DNA of 64,000 bases from an uncultured Thermoplasmata archaeon (GTDB lineage Archaea; Thermoplasmatota; Thermoplasmata; Lutacidiplasmatales; UBA184): NCBI GenBank assembly GCA_963696985.1, contig CAVOMG010000002.1:3681-67680 (forward strand), in the 5' to 3' direction. Made by a program: the position numbers and the translations under genes. Within the stretch, counting starts at the first letter, position 1, and the number at the start of each line of letters is the position of its first letter. The notes under the pieces are model-generated. The model had not been told where the DNA came from. It saw only the letters and a list, made by a program, of their open reading frames with translations, and ran no database searches. Of the stretch, positions 10,393 to 19,593 are shown in pieces.

Positions 10393-12569
10393 ACAGCACA
10401 GCCTCCTCAACCGGGACGTCACGAAGTGCCGGGTTTCTTTCTGAGCGACAGTTCATCGATAGGCTTGAGAAGGCCACGGGGAGAATCTATACTCCGGATC
10501 AATGGGGCGCAATGCTCCATTCTTCGGGTCCGCTTTGGATTACCGCCGGACCTGGCTCGGGCAAAACGGAGGTGCTCGTTGGCTCGGCTCTCCGGCTGAT
10601 TCTGTGCGAAGCTGTTGATCCGTCGTCGATCATCCTCACGACTTTCACACGCCGCGCAGCCGCCAACCTCTCTCACCGAATATCCTCGTACCTTTCTGAT
10701 CTTGGCTTCTCTGATCAAATAGACTCCTCGACGCTCCGTATTGGAACGCTTCACAGCATATGCGACGAGGTGATGCGCGACCATCGGTTCTCCCCATTCG
10801 CCGACCTCGAGCTCCTTGACGAGGACACTCGGGCCTTTTTCCTCTACGAGCAGAAGGATATTCTCGATCTGTTCAAGAAGCACTGGGGGACGTTGACGGG
10901 CTCTTTGGAAGAACTTCAACTACGTACGGACCTTCCCGGTGGGCCCAGGTAGATGCGGCTTCATTCATATTCGACCGCATTACCGAATTCAGGGCTGACC
11001 CCGAGAAGATGGCAGCCAGCACGAACCCAAAGGCCAAGCTGATTGCAGAGGGGTACCGAATGTACCGTGACCGGCTTCGCGCGAACTATAAGTGCGACCT
11101 TTCTGGCCTTCAGGAGTACTTCCTCGAATTCCTGTCGAGTCGACATGGGGCCGAGTTCCTCAGCCGGAGACGAGAACAGAGGTAGGAAGCCGTTAACCCA
11201 TGTGCTCGTAGATGAGTACCAAGACACAAACCCAATTCAGGAGGAAATCTACCTGGCTTTGGCCCGAGATCCTCCCCATTCCCTCTTGGTCGTTGGAGAT
11301 GACGATCAATCGATGTACCGGTTCCGCGGGGGTTCCGTAGATTCGATCGTTCGATTTGGATCTTTGGTACAGGAACGGTGGAAGGCTGCTCCAGCCAGAG
11401 TGGACCTCCATGATAACTTCCGTAGCCATCCCCAGATCGTCGAATCTGTCAACCGATTCATCACACACTTCCCCATCATGCGGAAACCCGGTGTCAGGGC
11501 ACCCGGCAAGCAGCTGCTTGTGGCGAAATCCGATGTTTCCGGAGACTATCCGGTTATCTTGAGGGTGGAGGGCGACGTCCTCCGAGATGTTGCCGATAGA
11601 ATCACTGAATTGTTGCTCGGCCTTCAACGGAAGGGACTCATCTCCGATTGGCGAGATGTAGGGGTCCTGCTCCCCAGCACGCGAGAGACTCGGACCGCCG
11701 CTGGCCCGTACGTCGAATCCTTCCGTCAGGCTGGCATCAAAGTATACAACCCAAGGAGCCGGGCCCTACACAACGACCCCATGATTCAACAGCTACTCGG
11801 AGCTCTAACCTCTACTCTCGACAAGAATCTCTCGGTGCTCGAGGGTAACTACGTGGGAGGACGGCCAATCCGGGGGCGATCGGTGGATGCGGTCCGACGA
11901 TGGGTCGCCTCTTACGATGCACTGGCGAAAACAAACCTGGGCAAGCCACTCGGTCAGTACGTCAAGAAATCTCAGCAATCAATCTCAAAATTACCGCCGG
12001 GGAAGCTCCTCAATACAACTGTCATGGATGTTCTGTACCGGATCTTGTCCTTCGAGCCGTTCCGATCTAAGCGAGACGAGGCCAACAATGCGACCCGCTT
12101 GGCGCTCATCACATCTTTGTTGGATTCGTTCACGGCGTTTAGGGAAGGGCGGGGTTTGCTAAGGACCAGCACCAGAATTTCAGAGGGAGGGCTCTCCACC
12201 AAATTGCTTCAACCATTCTACTACGAGTTCGCTGGATTCATTGAAGACGGAGGGTTGAACGATCCCGAAGACCCGGAGGACCTGCTCCCTCACGGGCATA
12301 TTCAGGTGATGACGGTCCATCAATCTAAGGGTCTCGAGTTCCCGATAGTGATAGCAGGGGGCCTCGACGCTCAGCCGAGAGAGGGGAGGGACCATTGGGC
12401 GGAAGAATTCCTCGCTCAATGGTGTGCTCGGAAGGCTCTCGGTACTTCCCTGGATCGAGCGACTCAAGACCTGATTCGAAAGTATTACGTGGCTTATTCG
12501 CGGGCTAAGAACCTGCTGGTCCTCCCGGTCGTAAAGGGATCCCCATGCACCTGGGGCCTCGGAGCATAA
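10389..12569 (+). CDS. UvrD/PcrA-family SF1 helicase (two indels near 10910 and 11165)
   Basis: AGPGSGKT, TFTRRAA, GTLHS, DEYQD, VGDDDQSMYRFRG, NFRS, MTVHQSKGLEF, YVAYSRAK. The middle segment is open in the third frame (WAQVDAASFIFDRITE...). Confidence 0.9.
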
Positions 12570-12570
12570 C

Positions 12571-13503
12571 GTGACGAAGCGGGAGCAGCTCTTCCGACGG
12601 GCGAGGCCGCTTGACAACAGCGTCAACCTCGACAGCTTCCGCTCTCTGAAAATCACTCCTGTGAAGGACCCGGGGATGCGCTCTGAATTCAGCATCACCG
12701 CGGATATCCTCTCATTTCGTAGGTGCTCACGCCAGTATGGACACTTCGCAATCAACGGTTTCGTTCCGGCCCAGGCGACTCAGCTCTACTTCGGGATAGT
12801 GATTCACCGTGTCCTGGATCGCATCCACGTCCAATTCACTGGGAGAGCCGAAGATCGACCGCCGGGGGTTCCGCCCGACTCCGATGTCGAGGAGTACTTC
12901 AAAGCCGTGACTGAGGCGCTCCGTGCCCAGGGGATTCGACCGTACGGCCGAAAGGCAGAGGAGAGCGCTCTAGAATACCTCAAGAGGTTCAATTCGAGAT
13001 GGGGGCCAGAACTCTACCCCTTGGTCGTCGATACAGAACACAAGCTCAAAGCCGACATGAAGGATTACATCCTTACCGGCGTGGTCGACGTCTTAGCTCG
13101 CCCCGTAGGCGACGCTGGGGCTACGGCCAAGGAAATCTGGGACTACAAGGGCTCGCACCGAATCGAGGACGATTCTCCGGAGATGGAGAACTACAGGTTT
13201 CAGATGCAGGTATATGCAGAGCTCTTCAAGCGGAAGAATGGCGAATACCCAACGCTCGCGATGCTTTGCTTCATCGCCGAAGAAGACCCAGACAAAATCT
13301 TCGTGAGCATCCCGTTCGATGAATCCACTGTCGCCACGGCGATGTCTGAGTTCGGGACCACGGTGGCAGAAATCGAGCGCCGCAAGGATGTCGGGGATTG
13401 GAGTCCACCCAGTACCCCCCCTTCGCGCGAAACCTGCGCGGCCTGTGATATTCGATGGGATTGTCCCGCGGTCGCGGGCCAATTCACCAGACCGTACCCT
13501 TAA
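12571..13503 (+). CDS. RecB/AddB/Cas4-like PD-(D/E)XK nuclease with a 4-Cys Fe-S motif
   Basis: RRCSRQY, GIVIH, GVVDVL, WDYKG, QMQVYA, CAACDIRWDC. Confidence 0.85.
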   Translation: MTKREQLFRRARPLDNSVNLDSFRSLKITPVKDPGMRSEFSITADILSFRRCSRQYGHFAINGFVPAQATQLYFGIVIHRVLDRIHVQFTGRAEDRPPGVPPDSDVEEYFKAVTEALRAQGIRPYGRKAEESALEYLKRFNSRWGPELYPLVVDTEHKLKADMKDYILTGVVDVLARPVGDAGATAKEIWDYKGSHRIEDDSPEMENYRFQMQVYAELFKRKNGEYPTLAMLCFIAEEDPDKIFVSIPFDESTVATAMSEFGTTVAEIERRKDVGDWSPPSTPPSRETCAACDIRWDCPAVAGQFTRPYP

Positions 13504-13549
13504 ACGGCTTGCTTAGTCCCAGGGCCCGAAGAACGGTACAGGGCGTGAA

Positions 13550-14617
13550 TCATTCAGGAGCGACGGCTTCCGATGCCCAAACACGAGGGACGATCAATCC
13601 GGTTTTCGTGATGTCCTCTGGCTCCCATCGAAACAAGGACGCCCTCAGGTAATCCTCGATGAGTTCGAACGCCATCCACCGACGCCCTTCCTCCTCCGCC
13701 ACCTTTCCGGTCACGTTACTCCCGGCCAGGAAATCGAGAACGATGTCGCCTGGTTCAGTAAGAAAGCGGATGAAGAATCGAGGCAGGTCTGGAGGGAATC
13801 GGGCCGGGTGCGGAGCCAAGCCGGCCTCCCTGCACCGCTTCAGGTATTGTCCGTTACTATCGGTGTTCGCGATCGTCAGAAGATTCGGCGGGATCGCCCC
13901 TCCATTGTCGCGGGAGAACTTCTCCGAGATGTCCCACCCGCTTGGGCGCATCTTGGCCACGTAGCCATTCCGCAGCAGTCCTTGCATCGAGTCGCTATAC
14001 TCAGTCAAGACGCGGCGGTTGTCGGCCTTCGGGTTAGGAGTCTTAGAGAGCCACCAAACGCAGTTGACGGCGTCCTTTACTCGGATACGTCGAACGTTTA
14101 CCCATTCGGCCGGGCTGGGGAGCTTGGACGGGTTGAACCAGAAGAATTCTTGGGCGAGATCGAACCCGACCCGGTGGCAAAGGTCGACTAGGAGCTCAAA
14201 ATGATAGAGGGATCGAGTCGGCTCTCCCTCCTTCCAGCTACCTCCGATGTCGATCACGAAGCTACCGTCATTTCGAAGGATCCGTCGGACCTCACGGGCA
14301 AACCCGAGGAACCACGCGATGTAGTCGTCCGCATCGATGTTGCCGTATGGCTTCTTGCGACGAAGTGCAAATGGCGGGGAGGTAATGACCAGATTCACTG
14401 ACTCAGTTGGAACAGCCCGGAGCAAGTCCGCCGAATCGCCAAGGAAGGCGGCCCCGTGCCTCGTTGAGTAAGCAAGCTTGGCACCGGTGGGTAAAGGCGC
14501 GGGAACCGGAAGTGGGTCCGATACTGACCAACCTTTGGCAACCACGCCGACCCTCGAAGTTCGAGTTGTCGAGCTCGGCAAAGTTGGCCCTGCTCGCCGT
14601 TGCAGAGTCGCGCCCAC
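13550..14617 (-). CDS. Site-specific DNA methyltransferase, beta class (N4-cytosine, M.PvuII-like)
   Basis: TSPPFAL.RKK.YGN, NPSKLPSP.EWVN.R.IRVKDAVN, DNGG.IPPNLL, HPARFP, DFLAGS; these closely follow M.PvuII as I recall it. Confidence 0.9.
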   Translation of the reverse strand: MGATLQRRAGPTLPSSTTRTSRVGVVAKGWSVSDPLPVPAPLPTGAKLAYSTRHGAAFLGDSADLLRAVPTESVNLVITSPPFALRRKKPYGNIDADDYIAWFLGFAREVRRILRNDGSFVIDIGGSWKEGEPTRSLYHFELLVDLCHRVGFDLAQEFFWFNPSKLPSPAEWVNVRRIRVKDAVNCVWWLSKTPNPKADNRRVLTEYSDSMQGLLRNGYVAKMRPSGWDISEKFSRDNGGAIPPNLLTIANTDSNGQYLKRCREAGLAPHPARFPPDLPRFFIRFLTEPGDIVLDFLAGSNVTGKVAEEEGRRWMAFELIEDYLRASLFRWEPEDITKTGLIVPRVWASEAVAPE

Positions 14618-14964
14618 TAGTGAACCCCCGCCCCCCCATTTCCACTGGAACCGCTGGCGATGACTCGAAACCGATCGAAGGCCGCAATCGTATCCCTACC
14701 CTTGGCGGTCGCTTGATAGATCCCGTTGTGCCATTCCACCAATCCCAGGCCCCTCAATTCCACGAGAATGGTGCTCGCGACCGAGCCACGCACCACCTCG
14801 TATTGGATTGTGTGGTGAGGGAGGCCGGATTTCGCGTTCGCGAGTGCCCTCAGGACCTCGGCACGGTGCTTCTTCGAGATGACTCGTTCTACGGTCAGCT
14901 CAGCAGCCACACCGCGAGGCATCGGCTCAGGGGCAGAGGTCTTTGGATTTAAGTTCGAACGCAT
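14617..14964 (-). CDS. Winged-helix transcriptional regulator coupled to the methyltransferase
   Basis: ILVELRGLGLVE...YQATAKG wing motif; its TAG overlaps the MTase GTG; TTTAAG lies about 25 nt upstream of ATG 14964. Confidence 0.65.
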   Translation of the reverse strand: MRSNLNPKTSAPEPMPRGVAAELTVERVISKKHRAEVLRALANAKSGLPHHTIQYEVVRGSVASTILVELRGLGLVEWHNGIYQATAKGRDTIAAFDRFRVIASGSSGNGGAGVH

Positions 14965-14975
14965 AGGTCTAGGAT

Positions 14976-15036
14976 ATTGAGTCTTAGACTTAAACTTATG
15001 GTTGTTAAAAGAGCACCCCAAATCCTTAGACTCAAT
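14976..15036. promoter_or_regulatory. TATA box plus operator-like palindromes for the wHTH-MTase unit
   Basis: AGTCT-T-AGACT (14980-14990) abuts and overlaps the minus-strand TTTAAG (14989-14994); ATTGAGTCT (14976-84) and AGACTCAAT (15028-36) form an inverted pair. Confidence 0.5.
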
Positions 15037-15060
15037 GGACCGGACCTTTCGGGCGATTCG

Positions 15061-15255
15061 TCAAGCCCGCCTGGACGATTTCTCCGGGGCTTTCCGGGAG
15101 ACGGTGGTCTTACCGGACCCCGGCTCGACCTCCCAAAGGATCGAGTCGCCTATCTCTAGCCCGAGTAGTGCTGCGACCGGTTCCGGCACGGTGGTCCGGA
15201 TCGAGGGCGAGTTCCTGACCGAGCGGATGGCCTTGGACTCGAACACCCTTGGCAT
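15061..15255 (-). CDS. AbrB/MazE-family DNA-binding protein
   Basis: SIRTTVPEPVAALLGLEIGDSILW. Confidence 0.75.
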   Translation of the reverse strand: MPRVFESKAIRSVRNSPSIRTTVPEPVAALLGLEIGDSILWEVEPGSGKTTVSRKAPEKSSRRA

Positions 15256-15382
15256 GGATCCTTCCAAAGGATCCCAACCCGCCCCTCCTAATAATATAGG
15301 CCTATACGAAGGACTTCCGGTAGCCAATAGGTATAAGTATAGGCGAAGGATTATCCTACTAAGGGGACGAAGTAAGCGATCA

Positions 15383-16709
15383 ATGAGCGCGACCAGCGAG
15401 CGGCAGAGGCGGGCCACGGAGATGGCCGAGAAGGACCCTGATGGGGTTCAGAAGGTCTCTCCTGGCTTCTGGCTCGTGCGCTCTCAGTCGAGCCTCCGGG
15501 AAGTACAAGGTCACCCGGGATCTCGACGACAACTGGACCTGCGATTGTGAGGACTTCAAGAACTGGGAGGAGCCCTGCAAGCACATTTACCGGGTCTACT
15601 CGAGTTGGTTTTACAACGCGCCGCCGGTGCCCACCCCGGGTGAGCCTGTCACCCCGCCGAAGAAGTACACTCAGGACTGGGCAAACTACGACATGGCCCA
15701 GATGGAAGAGGTCCGACTCCTCCCGACGATCCTTCGGGCCGTAATCGACGAGATAGTTGCCCCGCCACCGACTGTGAGGGGGCGCGGGCGACCGATGACC
15801 CCACTCGCGGACCAGATGTTCTGCGGGGTCCAGAAGGTCTACTCACACTTCTCCTGCCGCCGATCCCACGGATTCATCGAGCAGGCGAGGGACAGGAATC
15901 AGGTTTCCGTCGTCCCCTTTTACGACGTCTCCTCCAAGTTCTTGCTCAATCCCGCGTCGACTCCCCTCCTCCACGATTTGATCAGGCTGACGGCGCTCCC
16001 GATGGCGTCGCTCGACCGGATCTTCGCCACGGACTCGACGGGATTCAGGACCACCTCCTTCGGAGATTACAGCCGAGAGGCCCACGGGGACCACCGAACG
16101 AACATCTGGCTGCGCCTGCACGCCGCCGTAGGCGTCGACACCCATGTCTTCGCTCGAGCCAAGGTCATGGATGGGAACTCCGCCGATTGCCCTCAATTTC
16201 CCGAGTTGTTGAAGGGCATCGTCGAGGACGGGTTCAAGGTCGAGGAGGTGGTTGCAGACAAGGCCTATCTTTCAAGGTTGAACCTCGAGACGGCCCGGAA
16301 CCTCGGCATCAAACCGTTCGTTCCTTTCAAGAGGAACTCCACGTCAAGGGGCGGAGGATCGGCCCTGTACCACCGTCTCTACCACTACTTCCAGCTTCAT
16401 CGCGAGGAGTTTGACCAGCACTACCACCAGAGGAGTAACATCGAGGCCGCGTTCGGCGCCCTGAAAACGAAGTTCGGAGAGACGCTCAAGTCAAGGGATC
16501 GGACCGCCCAAGAGAACGAGCTTCTGGCCAAGGTCGGGGCGTACAACATCACTGTCCTGATTCACGAAATGTTCGAGCACAACCTCGTTCCGGAGTTCCT
16601 CCTGCCAAGGAAGCCGGGAGGAGTCGCGCCAATCATCCGACCGATCGTGGGGTCTCGTAGGTCTTCGTCTCTCCTTGGCGGTGGCCCCGATCGAGGGGAG
16701 AACCACTGA
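15383..16709 (+). CDS. DDE transposase (IS4/IS5-like) with an N-terminal SWIM zinc finger (indel near 15490)
   Basis: SWIM WTCDCEDF...PCKHI; DDE residues in ATDSTGF, VADKAY and RSNIEAAF. Confidence 0.85.
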
Positions 16710-16913
16710 CGATGACGCAGGGAGGAGCCGGGCGCGCACGGAACCCCCCAGATCACCCGACGCCGGATGGGAGGTGGTGCATGAGAAGAGCGTAGGCGGG
16801 CCGCGTCGGACCTCGATGTTCCTCAGGGGGGAACACGCACCGAGGGACGCGGTCCTGCCGTCTCCTCGACAACCCCCCTAATTTACTACCGATATCATGT
16901 AATCGTAAATCCG

Positions 16914-17822
16914 ATGCTGGACCGGTCGACCTCCCCAGGGGACTCTCGCCCCGTAGATTCGAGTCCGTCAAAGGAGGAGTTTGATCCTCGAACACTTTGG
17001 AGCTGGATCTTCGTGGCGGTGGGCCTCACCGGCGTCGCCATCGTTTTGGCGGCAGTGAGCGTTCATCCAACTTCTTCAGCTGGGCTGGTCGCGCTAGTAA
17101 TCGCTGCTACCGCGTTTCCCACCATCGCTCTCTGGGCATCCCGAATCTCTAGCATCGAACTCGTTCAATCTGCTGCTAGGTCGGCCCGAGCTCGGAACGA
17201 GCTCATCGGAATTGCCATATCGAGCCTGCGGGAGGACATCCGTTCGTCTGCCGAAGGACAGAGTCGTGCGATCGTCGCGGCGGTCGAGTCGTCAAAGGCC
17301 GCGACAGAACAGGGTTCCCATGCCATAGTGATGGAGGTTCGGGCTCTCGCCGACACCATCAGCCGGGCGAGTGCCGAAGAAGTCCGAGCCTTAGAGGAGA
17401 CGCGGAGGGCATCCGAACTCCAAGCAGCGGCCACCCGCGAGCTCGCGCAACTTCAGGTCCGGGCGGAAGAACGAGCACGGCCTCAGATTCATGTCCAAAC
17501 CCAGGTGAGGTCCCACTGGCTGTTTTTCCATCACAACTGGTTGATGATCGCAAACACCGCGGGACGCGCTAGGGGAGTCACGGTGGAATACCGATTCCTT
17601 CAACAGAATAACTGGACTCGTATACCGGCCGCTGGGTTTGACCTCGGCCCCCAACAGCAGCGCGAGTTCGACATCGGTGATGTCAACGCCACCGGGGGGA
17701 GCAATATGGTGTGGGTATCAATGCGCTATCGTGATGATGCGAACCGCCAACACATCGCCACCATAGACCTCCCGCTTGGCTCGAACCATTGGGTTCAGTC
17801 ATCCGCACGACCGTTGGACTGA
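16914..17822 (+). CDS. Hypothetical membrane protein (2 TM + coiled coil + beta-rich C-domain)
   Basis: Two hydrophobic N-terminal segments, an Ala/Glu/Arg helical middle and a beta-strand-like C-terminus. Confidence 0.65.
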   Translation: MLDRSTSPGDSRPVDSSPSKEEFDPRTLWSWIFVAVGLTGVAIVLAAVSVHPTSSAGLVALVIAATAFPTIALWASRISSIELVQSAARSARARNELIGIAISSLREDIRSSAEGQSRAIVAAVESSKAATEQGSHAIVMEVRALADTISRASAEEVRALEETRRASELQAAATRELAQLQVRAEERARPQIHVQTQVRSHWLFFHHNWLMIANTAGRARGVTVEYRFLQQNNWTRIPAAGFDLGPQQQREFDIGDVNATGGSNMVWVSMRYRDDANRQHIATIDLPLGSNHWVQSSARPLD

Positions 17823-17837
17823 GCCGCGGGAGCAATC

Positions 17838-18257
17838 CTACGAAGTGACGGTGCCTCCGGGGGATAACCGAGTAAGCACCTCCATCACAAGACCGCCTTC
17901 ACCTGTCGCTTTCTCGATGTAATCTGCTGCATCCTGAAAGAACCGTCGGAGATCTTGGTGGCTTGTCTGTTCTCCAAGGTAGAAGATGTCGCCGTGAAGC
18001 CTGTTCGAAAGCAGCACGTACATTTCTTCGAGGTCCCCGCGTGTAAGGTCTCGTAAGCGTCCCCTTCGTTCTCGATGCGCACGTTCATCCTGGTGAACGT
18101 GGATGCCGTGTTCACGGATCAAGAAATGGTCGGTTGCTTCTACGACAGCAAGCCAAGCCTTCTCCGCAGCCTGTCGAATTCCCAGGTCATCATTCCGCAT
18201 CTCTGCTTCGATCAATTCAGATAGGGCCCGCCGGAAGGTCTCTCTCGGGCTCGGCAC
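17838..18257 (-). CDS. PaREP1/HEPN-like protein
   Basis: RQAAEKAWLAVVEAT...H..R...RLHGDIFY pattern. Confidence 0.65.
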   Translation of the reverse strand: MPSPRETFRRALSELIEAEMRNDDLGIRQAAEKAWLAVVEATDHFLIREHGIHVHQDERAHRERRGRLRDLTRGDLEEMYVLLSNRLHGDIFYLGEQTSHQDLRRFFQDAADYIEKATGEGGLVMEVLTRLSPGGTVTS

Positions 18258-18345
18258 GGAGACGAGAGCATCACCCCTTTATTTGGGCGAGAGGGATGCT
18301 CTGCTGGGATGGACTATCGGGAACTGGACCCGACGCGTACTCCAA

Positions 18346-19053
18346 TTATTCTGCGTGGTCGTCCGAATGGCCGATCTCATCCGCTAGCGCCGGCCACTGG
18401 GTAGGTTTCTTTGGTTTGTACCCATTCGAAAACCGGAAAACGAGGACGTATAGTGCGATGAGGCCGGCGACCCATACTCCGTCGGCCTCGAAAGTCAACG
18501 GCAGTACAGTCCCCCCTATCCCCTTCGCAATCGCCACATCGACTGCCACCATCGCCACCAGGCCTGCCGCAACCAACGCCACCACCCAGTCTTCGGGGTT
18601 GAGCGGGGAATAGGGCGGAGGGATCTTTACGATTCGACCGGCGGCCGACGGCAAAAATTCGCTCCGCCCGAGAGTATCCGAACTTTGGGTGCCGGTGGCA
18701 TGCACGATCGTGACCAGAATCTGCACGAAGATCGGGTCACCAAGCAGAAGCCCGTCCTGGATGACAACCCGGAAGGTCCCTGCATCTCCCGCCGTAAGCT
18801 GGTCGTGAATCGCCACCTTCGGGTAGCCCAGGAAGACGAACGGTCCCTTCGCTTGGAGACGACGATGATAGCTTGTTTCGGAGAAGACACCGCCGTAGAA
18901 TCGTCCGTTCGCGGTAGCCGAGAGTTCGATTCTATCCCCTTTCTGAAGGGGAATATGACCACTGTGCCATTCCCACCCCCGTTCGAGAAGGATAGTCCCT
19001 TCAACAAGTGGGATAATCCGACTCTTGGCGTCCGGGCTCAAACCGGCGTGCAT
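18346..19053 (-). CDS. Hypothetical protein with two C-terminal TM helices
   Basis: 235-aa ORF with a soluble beta-rich N-domain and two hydrophobic segments. Confidence 0.55.
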   Translation of the reverse strand: MHAGLSPDAKSRIIPLVEGTILLERGWEWHSGHIPLQKGDRIELSATANGRFYGGVFSETSYHRRLQAKGPFVFLGYPKVAIHDQLTAGDAGTFRVVIQDGLLLGDPIFVQILVTIVHATGTQSSDTLGRSEFLPSAAGRIVKIPPPYSPLNPEDWVVALVAAGLVAMVAVDVAIAKGIGGTVLPLTFEADGVWVAGLIALYVLVFRFSNGYKPKKPTQWPALADEIGHSDDHAE

Positions 19054-19355
19054 GCTCCGCCAGGTGCGATAGCTAGCGCAATCCCGATGAGTCCTAGACC
19101 CAGGATAAAACAGAAGATTCCAATTCTTGGGCTAATCGTCGCGAATGCTGCCCCACCGCCAATGAGAACGACGCTCAAGCCTGCGGTCAATAGGTAGTGC
19201 GCACCGCAGGTTCCACCGGTAAACAAGCCCACGACCAAGAACCCGATTCCAACAATTATTAGGATGGCTCCAGCAAACGTCTGGATCACGAATCGCGGGA
19301 GAGGGACGGACCATTTGAGGGCACCTGCGGTTTTTGCCCTAATAGAGCCCGTCAT
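19038..19355 (-). CDS. Small integral membrane protein (3 TM)
   Basis: Three Gly/Ile/Leu-rich segments; overlaps the start of the next gene. Confidence 0.5.
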   Translation of the reverse strand: MTGSIRAKTAGALKWSVPLPRFVIQTFAGAILIIVGIGFLVVGLFTGGTCGAHYLLTAGLSVVLIGGGAAFATISPRIGIFCFILGLGLIGIALAIAPGGACTPV

Positions 19356-19593
19356 ATTGTCCTATATGTGGGACAATGGCGTCGTATAAAGCGTCCGCCA
19401 GACTCTCGCCAATCCGAGTCGAACAGGGGAGGAGCGCCCTGTCGTTTCATTCGGCCGTTTGTCGCTAAAATCGGCCCCACCCCCGATTAAAACTACGGCG
19501 TCCGTTGTAACGGAATGTTCAAATACGAAACCCAGAAATCCCTTGCACAGAGCGTATGACGCTCGTCTGACAAACGGGTCGGGGAACGAAGCA

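Noticed and set aside
10950-10952. TAG recoding (pyrrolysine/read-through) in UvrD or genome-wide
   Set aside because: The helicase continues in a different frame, and TAG ends many normal genes here (purH, hutH, radA, map).
3548-19355. Integron (integrase plus cassette array)
   Set aside because: The integrase lacks the IntI-specific insertion before the HxLRH box, and no repeated attC-like palindromes were found between genes.
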